A DNA stretch of 64,000 nucleotides from Candidatus Parvarchaeum acidiphilum ARMAN-4 (lineage in GTDB: Archaea; Nanobdellota; Nanobdellia; Parvarchaeales; Parvarchaeaceae): the NCBI GenBank assembly GCA_002412065.1, contig GG730040.1, forward strand, positions 2,311 to 66,310, in the 5' to 3' direction. The first letter of the stretch is position 1. Each line of letters opens with the position of its first letter. The translations under genes and the position numbers were made by a program. Below are positions 57,172-64,000 of the stretch, one piece after another. Below the pieces are notes generated by a model. That model was not told the origin of the DNA and did not search any database. It saw only the letters and a program-made list of their open reading frames with translations.

Positions 57172-57900
57172 ATGTTTACTACTAACAGAATAGATATCAA
57201 AGGAGTAGTGTTTGATTTTGATAACACTTTGGTTGATACAAAAACTACAATATATGAGGGTTATAAATTAGTTTTCTTTGAAATAGCTAAAAAATTTAAT
57301 ATAGATAAAGAAAGTTTAATTTCCTCTGCAAATCATTTTCAGGAAGAAAGAATCAAGGTATTAACAAGGTCTAAAGTCTCTTACGATCATGCAGAGTGGA
57401 TAAGTTTAATAGCAGAAAATGCAGGGATAAAATTAAATCAGGATGAAAATGAATATTACAAAAAGCTTTTTTATAATTATGTCTTGAATAATCAGAGATT
57501 CTCAAACAAAACAGATGAGCTTCTAACTCAACTTAAAAAAGAAGGGAAAAAATTAGCATTGTTGAGCGAAAAAGACTCAGTACCGGGTTTAAAGGCTGAA
57601 AGAATAAGCAAAGTGCCATTTCACAGTTATTTTGATTTAATAGTAATAGCAGGCGAAACAATTCCTTTTACAAAGTCAAAAGATGGTTCTAGGGTATTTA
57701 CAGAAACTGCAAAACTTTTGGGTTTAAATCCAAACGAGATAGTAATGGTGGGAGACAGGTTGGATTTAGACATACAAAACGCAAAGGAATCTGGAATGAA
57801 TGCAATTTTATTCACAGGCTACATAAAATCAGAGGAAAAAAGTAAATATAAACCAGATTTTGTAGTAGATAATCTGTTAAATCTAAGTAGTATTATATAA
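57172..57900 (+). CDS. HAD family hydrolase (paralog of 25262-25975)
   Basis: FDFDNTL, VGDRLDLDIQNAKESG, KPDFVVDNL. Confidence 0.9.
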   Translation: MFTTNRIDIKGVVFDFDNTLVDTKTTIYEGYKLVFFEIAKKFNIDKESLISSANHFQEERIKVLTRSKVSYDHAEWISLIAENAGIKLNQDENEYYKKLFYNYVLNNQRFSNKTDELLTQLKKEGKKLALLSEKDSVPGLKAERISKVPFHSYFDLIVIAGETIPFTKSKDGSRVFTETAKLLGLNPNEIVMVGDRLDLDIQNAKESGMNAILFTGYIKSEEKSKYKPDFVVDNLLNLSSII

Positions 57901-57939
57901 TTTATTATATAATATTCAATAATTTGAAAATCTGGACTT

Positions 57940-58929
57940 TTAAAGCATTATTATGATTCTTCCGCTCTTTTCTTTGTTGTTGATCTCTTTGAATGCTTCC
58001 TTTGCTTCCTGAAAATTGAATTTTTTCCAAGTTTTTACTTTTAGGTCTCCTGATTTATTTACTACCTCAGAAAATTGCTTGATTGAACCTCCAGTTGAGC
58101 CCAATATGCTTAGCTGTTTGCTATAAAGCTGCGAAATATCTATCTGTGCATTACTCCCAGTTTCTGTTCCGAATGTAACCATTCTTCCATTTTTACCTAA
58201 AAGGGAATAACCCAAATCCCATAATTTCGTACCTATAGAATCAATCACTACATCTACCATTTTTGAATCTGTTATCTTTTTTACTTCTTCTAATGCGTTT
58301 TCGTATCCAACTACGTAATCAGCACCAAAATCTTTAACCCAATCCTTACTTGAAATTGCAATTGTCTTTGCACCAAACATTTTAGCAAATTGAAGTGCAA
58401 ATATTCCCGTATTACCAGAAGCTCCAACTACAGCGATAAATTCATCTTTTCTAATATTAGCCCTATTTAATGCATTGTAAGACGTAAGAGCAGCTACTGG
58501 CAAGCTAGCAGCTAATTCAAAACTTGTAGAATCTGGTATCTTAAAAGCATTCTTTTGATTTATTACTGCGTATTCTGTTAAGCCGCCATTAGATCCAATG
58601 CTAAATATATATCCATTATCGCAAAGCATTTCCTCTCCGCTTAAGCAATAATGGCACGTTCCATCAAAATATCTATTATAAACGCTTACCCTATCTCCTT
58701 TTTTGAGTGCCTTTACTTCTTCTCCAACCTCTTCTATTTCTCCTGCAAATTCCGCTCCAGGGATTATTTCAGATTTTACTGGTATCAAATCAATTACCAT
58801 TGAGTCAATGGGGTTTAGTCCAATTGCCTTTACCTTTACAAGGACTTCATCATGTTTTAATTTTGGTCTGTTTATTTCCTTTAAATTTAAGTTGTCTATT
58901 CCGTTTTTGCTTAAAACCCATGCTTTCAT
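57940..58929 (-). CDS. Zn-containing alcohol dehydrogenase / quinone oxidoreductase (MDR family)
   Basis: GLNPID, PGAEFAG, DGTCHYC...C, GASGNTG. Confidence 0.9.
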   Translation of the reverse strand: MKAWVLSKNGIDNLNLKEINRPKLKHDEVLVKVKAIGLNPIDSMVIDLIPVKSEIIPGAEFAGEIEEVGEEVKALKKGDRVSVYNRYFDGTCHYCLSGEEMLCDNGYIFSIGSNGGLTEYAVINQKNAFKIPDSTSFELAASLPVAALTSYNALNRANIRKDEFIAVVGASGNTGIFALQFAKMFGAKTIAISSKDWVKDFGADYVVGYENALEEVKKITDSKMVDVVIDSIGTKLWDLGYSLLGKNGRMVTFGTETGSNAQIDISQLYSKQLSILGSTGGSIKQFSEVVNKSGDLKVKTWKKFNFQEAKEAFKEINNKEKSGRIIIML

Positions 58930-59076
58930 ATCGTATAAGATATATTTGATAATATAAAAACTTTTTAGTTTAAGACTTATTATAGTCTTTACAAGGAAGG
59001 CTTATTTTAGTTATAATAACTACAATTAAGTGGCTTTTAATTTAATTATATATACTACCTATAATCTTAAAGTAAG

Positions 59077-60840
59077 ATGAAACTTGAAGAAACTCTTTCA
59101 AATGAGGATTACTTAAAAAATGTTATTCATAAAGTGAGTATTTTAGGTCCAGACATAATACCTACAATAGAAAATACCGTTTCAAAATATAATGGATATG
59201 CAGCTAAGTCAGTTGCTTTCAGTTTGCTAAATCTTGCTTATTACAAAAAAGATAAGGACATAACCTTAGAGATATTGCACACTATTGACAATTATAGCGG
59301 AGTTGTAGGAGAATATATGCTAGATCATATTGTCCGTTTCGCAAATATTATCCAAGATAAAAATACAATAATAAATTTTGCTAGAATAATGTCGCTTAAA
59401 AAGGTAGTAAATACGCTAAATATGTATAAGAGCAATGCTTCTGAAATCATCGTTTGGAATTCTTTAAAACTGGCTAAAGACATGGTTTTATACAAATCAG
59501 AAGTTAGTAATCTAAACTATAATTTAAGTGATCCGACATTGCAAGCCTTTAATTTTAATAACTTTATTGATATAATGTCAGATCAAACTATAGTTGATAC
59601 TATTGAAAAATATAAAGGAGAAAATATAAAAGAAGTTGCAAAAGAATTAGTAAAAATTGCTTTTAGGACTAGATCTACTGGAGCGGTTATTGCTGCTTGT
59701 AATATAGCAAAAACTGTGGGGTTGAATGCTTTTGAATTTCTTTCATCACGCGATTTTATCACTATATCTGAGGAAGGATTAGATAAACTTATTAATGACA
59801 CAAAAAGTTTTGATTCTGTATTGCCTTATCTAAAATCTAATGGTGAACTTCCAAAGCCTACTAAGTACAATATAAATAAATACCAGGACATAGCTAATGA
59901 ATACCTTTCAAGTTCTTATAACATAAATAAAAAACTTAATTTAAATCAGATACTTATGCTGTTTTCAGTTAATGATCATGATAGAAAAGATGTAATAAAT
60001 CTTGTGAATAACTCAATAGAAACAAACTCAAAACTTTATTCTTTAGTTAGTGGGGGGGATCCAAAATTGGATATAGATAAAGAAAAATTGTCATATCTAT
60101 TGTTGATAGCAGTAACTGGCTCAAGGGACAAAAATATAGAGCAAGAAGCTTTTAATTTTCTTTCTAAAATAGTTGGAGAGAGCGTTGTTAGAAAAGCTAA
60201 GCATTCTTTTAATTCTCAATATAAAGCAAAATTAATTGGTGATATCTCAAATTATGTTAAGAATGGAGATGTAAACAGCGCAATAAACCTGTTAAAAGAT
60301 ACTAAAGATGAAAGTATAAACGATATTTTATCTGTAGCAGGGTATAAAGACGGAGATTTAATTATTGCCGGGAAAAATACTGTCTTGTCTACGCAAAGCA
60401 ACAATCCATTAGATTACGACAGCAGATTACAAATTGCATGTGTTTATCTTCCAAGTGATTATGAAGGAGGCATAGAAGCATACTGTAAAGACAAAAGGTT
60501 TAATCTCATAAGATATGATATAAACGGTAAAAGTTTAGGCAGCGCAATTTGTTACCTTGAAAATGGAGTTTTTCTTGTTGACTCTGTAGAAGGACATAGG
60601 ACATTTCGAAAACCTAATGTATTCTCTATAGTTTATCAAGATTTAATAGATAGAGCTAAAGAGAACAGGGCAAAACAGATTATATTCAACACAACAGGCA
60701 GAAATGAAACCCCTCAAGAATTTATAAATTACGTTAAAAAAATAAATTTTAATAAAGGCAATACAAAAATGAACTTAAATACCAATGGTAACCTAGAAGC
60801 AAAAAGGTCTTTTGTATCCGGTTATATTGTAAACTTATAA
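59077..60840 (+). CDS. Hypothetical protein with N-terminal helical repeats and an alpha/beta C-terminal domain
   Basis: Four T-[IVL]-x-x-Y-x-[GS] repeats; C-terminal LGSAICYL...FLVDSVEG. Confidence 0.75.
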   Translation: MKLEETLSNEDYLKNVIHKVSILGPDIIPTIENTVSKYNGYAAKSVAFSLLNLAYYKKDKDITLEILHTIDNYSGVVGEYMLDHIVRFANIIQDKNTIINFARIMSLKKVVNTLNMYKSNASEIIVWNSLKLAKDMVLYKSEVSNLNYNLSDPTLQAFNFNNFIDIMSDQTIVDTIEKYKGENIKEVAKELVKIAFRTRSTGAVIAACNIAKTVGLNAFEFLSSRDFITISEEGLDKLINDTKSFDSVLPYLKSNGELPKPTKYNINKYQDIANEYLSSSYNINKKLNLNQILMLFSVNDHDRKDVINLVNNSIETNSKLYSLVSGGDPKLDIDKEKLSYLLLIAVTGSRDKNIEQEAFNFLSKIVGESVVRKAKHSFNSQYKAKLIGDISNYVKNGDVNSAINLLKDTKDESINDILSVAGYKDGDLIIAGKNTVLSTQSNNPLDYDSRLQIACVYLPSDYEGGIEAYCKDKRFNLIRYDINGKSLGSAICYLENGVFLVDSVEGHRTFRKPNVFSIVYQDLIDRAKENRAKQIIFNTTGRNETPQEFINYVKKINFNKGNTKMNLNTNGNLEAKRSFVSGYIVNL

Positions 60841-61006
60841 TCTCTGTATCGCTCAGTATTACAATTTTTTGATTTTTAACATTATATTTCGTTAGTAAAT
60901 TTTAAACTAATATATAAAAATCCTACTAAAGGATTCGCAAGCAATTTTAATCTACATAACTAAATTACTTAATTTAAAGAGATAAGAGATATTACTAATT
61001 AAAGCA

Positions 61007-61079
61007 TGCCCCGACCGGGATTTGAACCCGGGTTTCCGCCTCGAAAGGGCGATGTCCTTGGCCTCTAGACTATCGGGGC
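61007..61079 (-). tRNA. tRNA-Glu(UUC)
   Basis: GCCCCGA acceptor stem, anticodon loop CTTTCGA, GGTTCAAATCC T-arm. Confidence 0.95.
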
Positions 61080-61133
61080 ATACCTCATTTAAAAACTATT
61101 TAAACATTTAAAGTTTGGTGCGTTTAAATAAGT

Positions 61134-62354
61134 ATGCCAAATGTTACATTTTATTTTGAAGTACACCAGCCTTACAGACTAAAAAGAGTATATTCCTTTA
61201 TAGAGAACAAGGAATTTATAGACCTGGACAAAAACACGGAAATATTCAGCAAGGTTGCAGATAAGTGCTATATACCAATGACCAAATTGCTTATAGATCT
61301 TGTAAAGGAATACCAAGAATTTAAGGTAAGTTTTTCCTTGACAGGGGTGTTTATGGAGCAGGCAGAGACATTCAAGCCGGAAGTAATTCAGCTTTTTCAG
61401 CAGTTATTTGATACAGGAAATATGGAATTGCTAGATGAAACCTATTATCATTCTCTTTCGTCTCTAATAAGCAAAGATGAGTTCATAGAGCAAGTAAAGC
61501 AGCACAAATCGTTGATGTATAAATATTTTAAATTTCACCCCAAAGTTTTTAGAAATACAGAAGCTATGTATTCAAATGAAATCGCTGACACAGTTTCAAA
61601 GATGGGCTACAAAGGAATAATCTCAGAGGGCTGGGATAGAGTACTGGGTTGGCGTTCTCCAAACTATGTATATACCGATCCAACAGAAAAAATAAAAGTC
61701 CTTATGAGAAATTACAAGTTGAGTGATGATATTGCTTTTAGGTTTTCAACCCCAACTTGGAATGAATTTCCTTTAACAGGTGAGAAATATTCAAATTGGA
61801 TTGCAAACAATGAAGGTGAGACAATAAATCTATTTATGGACTATGAAACTTTCGGGGAGCATCAATGGAAAGAAACTGGCATATTTGATTTTATGAAAGA
61901 TCTGCCCGGCAAGCTTATAAGTAAGGGAATAGGTTTCAGTACTGTATCAGAAGCTATAAAACAAAAAGCAGTAGGGGTGGTTGACGTTCCATATTATCTC
62001 TCTTGGGCAGATATGGATAGAGATTTGTCAGCATGGCTAGGGAATCAAATGCAGGATGCTGCTTTCCAGAAACTCAAATCTATGGAGAAAGAGGTTATGC
62101 TTACTGGGAGTGAAGAATTGATAAAGAGATGGAGACTACTGCAAACATCCGATAACTTTTATTATATGTGCACAAAATGGTTTTCTGATGGAGATATCCA
62201 CAAATATTTTAATGCTTATTCCTCTCCTTACGTTGCTTATTTAAATTATATGAATATAATCTCACAGCTTGATTCAATGGTTAAAACCTTTTTAAAGCTG
62301 CATCATAAGCCTGGAGATAAACCGGAAGAAATTTTTCCCAACCAAATTGATTAG
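61134..62354 (+). CDS. Glycoside hydrolase family 57 (alpha-amylase type)
   Basis: FEVHQP, ETYYHSL, FRNTE, LSDDIAFRFS, DYETFGEHQW, SWAD..RDLSAWLGN, TSD.FYYM. Confidence 0.93.
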   Translation: MPNVTFYFEVHQPYRLKRVYSFIENKEFIDLDKNTEIFSKVADKCYIPMTKLLIDLVKEYQEFKVSFSLTGVFMEQAETFKPEVIQLFQQLFDTGNMELLDETYYHSLSSLISKDEFIEQVKQHKSLMYKYFKFHPKVFRNTEAMYSNEIADTVSKMGYKGIISEGWDRVLGWRSPNYVYTDPTEKIKVLMRNYKLSDDIAFRFSTPTWNEFPLTGEKYSNWIANNEGETINLFMDYETFGEHQWKETGIFDFMKDLPGKLISKGIGFSTVSEAIKQKAVGVVDVPYYLSWADMDRDLSAWLGNQMQDAAFQKLKSMEKEVMLTGSEELIKRWRLLQTSDNFYYMCTKWFSDGDIHKYFNAYSSPYVAYLNYMNIISQLDSMVKTFLKLHHKPGDKPEEIFPNQID

Positions 62355-64000
62355 CTAGATCATTTGCCGAAATTTTCAATTTAAGTAGATCATCTTCACT
62401 CATAAGCGCTATTTTTATCATGTCTTCTGCTATATTTGTAATAACTGCGTCTCTTTTCTTGCCAAGCATGTTTTCAACGAAAACACCTTTGTATCCTTTC
62501 CCATAATCTTTTAGTAAATATTGTCCGAATCCACTGAAATCAGAGGTAAATGAAATTGACATGTAAGCTGCGGCCTCTAAAGGAGTATATCCAAAGGGTT
62601 CGTATTTTGACAAGAAAAAGCCTGCAGTTGAAAGTGCTAGCATCTCATAATAAGTCAGATTTAAAAGTTCATCACCTACTGCAAGGTATTTTGGATAGAA
62701 TATAACTTTTACATGGTTTTCTGCTGAGTTTTCAAGTTTATTTTCGTGTAGTTTGTTTAGTATTGCATCATTATTTTCAGGATATGACAGTATAAAAGGA
62801 GTAAGTGGTGGATTTGTAGGCTTAGGTCTTCTAAGCTGCTTAATAAGCCTTTTTGAATCATTTATAATCTTGCTGTAGGCTTTGTCAACTGTATCTTCTT
62901 CAACTTCAACCGAAGACGATATTACTGAATCAAAGTTTTTTACATCTTCATCTAATGCAGATTTTGCGCTTACGTAAGTAAGGTAGTTTGCGACTACATC
63001 ATTTCTCACGCCGATAGTACCGGAAGGAACCGCTATAAGCGCTATTACATAATTGCCATCTGTCATCATTTTATCAAGTTTTCCTAGGGCATCTATAAAA
63101 ACATCATATCCTTTGTCATAAAATTCATACCTACCGCTAGTTACAAAGACTTTTAGATTGCTAGGGTTAATGTCATAATAAGGAAGGAAATAGGCATTAA
63201 CAAAATTATCAAGTTTCTTCTTAGCATTAACTCTCATAGAAGTCAGTTCTTCAGCCTTTGGTAAATCAGATGTATCTATTCCATTTATTGTTACAAAATC
63301 CGGCTTCTTCCCAAGTATTACACTAGCTTCTTTGGAAACTACGCTACTTACTGCTGTGAATATTGTTGCATTGAATGCCCCTGCTTTTTCAGTGAAATGT
63401 TTTGCTGCTACCCCATATTTGTAAGGCATATCTGGAGTTATTCCAGTATTAGAAATAACATAAACATTCGTGTTTCCCCCAGAATATGAGATAGCTCTCC
63501 CTAGAACAGTGGCATGAACAGTAAATACTGTGGGTACTTTAACATTTTTATATTTTAGATAAAGTATTGAACCGGCTGAAAGCCATTCATGTACCTGTAC
63601 AACTAAAGGCTGCTTAATAGTTTTGCTCAATGCTTCTATCACTGTTCCTGCTGCATATGACCATGCCAATGGTTCATTGTAATCCGATGGTGAATTTAAA
63701 GAGTCAATTTTGAAATTGTCCCAAAAGTCCTTTTTTACTTCATTTAAATGCTTGTTTTCAAATTCCTTTGCGTCGATTAATATCAAGTTTACATCATTTG
63801 CAGAAGACCATTTTCCAAAGTACATTTTAACCCATCAATTTTTATATTTCCCACGGCATCTTTTATGTATTGCGGAGGAGGGCTTTCTATGAATTCTACT
63901 GCGGCTTGATTTGGGTTGTAAAAACCTATTGCTAAATAATTTTCTCCAAATTGTTTTTTGATATATGCCGATTTTGAGGTTAAAACAGTCCATATTCCAC
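62281..64000 (-). CDS. Glycogen synthase, GT3 family (start lies beyond the right edge; frameshift near 63827)
   Basis: GIWTVLTSK read at the window edge, QVHEWLSAG, TVHATVLGR, SGRYEF..KG.D.FI, SKYEPFGYTPLE; adding one A gives DGLKMYFGKW. Confidence 0.9.

Noticed and set aside
56225-61079. Integrated element at the tRNA-Glu 3' end
   Set aside because: No integrase and no duplicated tRNA 3' end (att site) found by eye; only an AT-rich accessory stretch.
25987-61079. tRNA introns or split tRNAs
   Set aside because: All three tRNAs are contiguous 72-73-nt cloverleaves without bulge-helix-bulge inserts.
1-64000. CRISPR array or cas locus
   Set aside because: No regularly spaced direct repeats seen; the only Cas-like hint is the solitary Cas2-like domain at 3546-4049.
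1-64000. Genome-wide stop-codon reassignment
   Set aside because: TAA, TAG and TGA all terminate conserved genes at their expected ends (for example rps19 TAA, rpl29 TAG, cdc48 TGA).

Overview
AT-rich (roughly one-third GC by eye), very gene-dense archaeal chromosome segment. The A-type ATPase, TFB, aIF5B, Cdc48, GINS, L15e/L35Ae and BRE-TATA promoters, together with fragmented operons, intronless tRNAs lacking an encoded CCA and many tail-to-tail overlaps, point to an ultra-small DPANN archaeon (most reminiscent of Parvarchaeota/ARMAN; this placement is inference). Housekeeping content: atpKECFA, cdc48-scpA-scpB, smc, rsmA, rpl2-rps19-rpl22-rps3-rpl29, nuoJKLMN, tatD-rnz, a SelB-like GTPase, ndk, aIF5B, tfb, trm1, rpl35Ae, GINS, Hef, rpl15e, minD, secDF, a GH57 hydrolase and a GT3 glycogen synthase, plus tRNA-Thr(UGU), tRNA-Thr(CGU) and tRNA-Glu(UUC). 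Several genes missed by the ORF track were recovered by hand (rpl29, rpl35Ae, four pilin-like micro-ORFs). The best candidate for an undescribed system is a dispersed pilin/adhesin-like apparatus: a 576-aa unknown protein co-transcribed with four tandem 46-57-aa micro-pilins (38417-40795), a cassette of Cys-rich pilin-like proteins (42927-46483), and further class III signal-peptide proteins. Other oddities are a stand-alone complex I membrane module (nuoJKLMN), a tRNA-Thr with a non-canonical T-loop, apparently catalytically dead Ncs6/TtuA and GalT paralogs, and a 44-bp exact repeat inside cdc48. Six single-base frameshifts and three in-frame TAA codons in otherwise intact genes most likely reflect sequencing errors. 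No CRISPR array, rRNA, integrase or transposase was seen.
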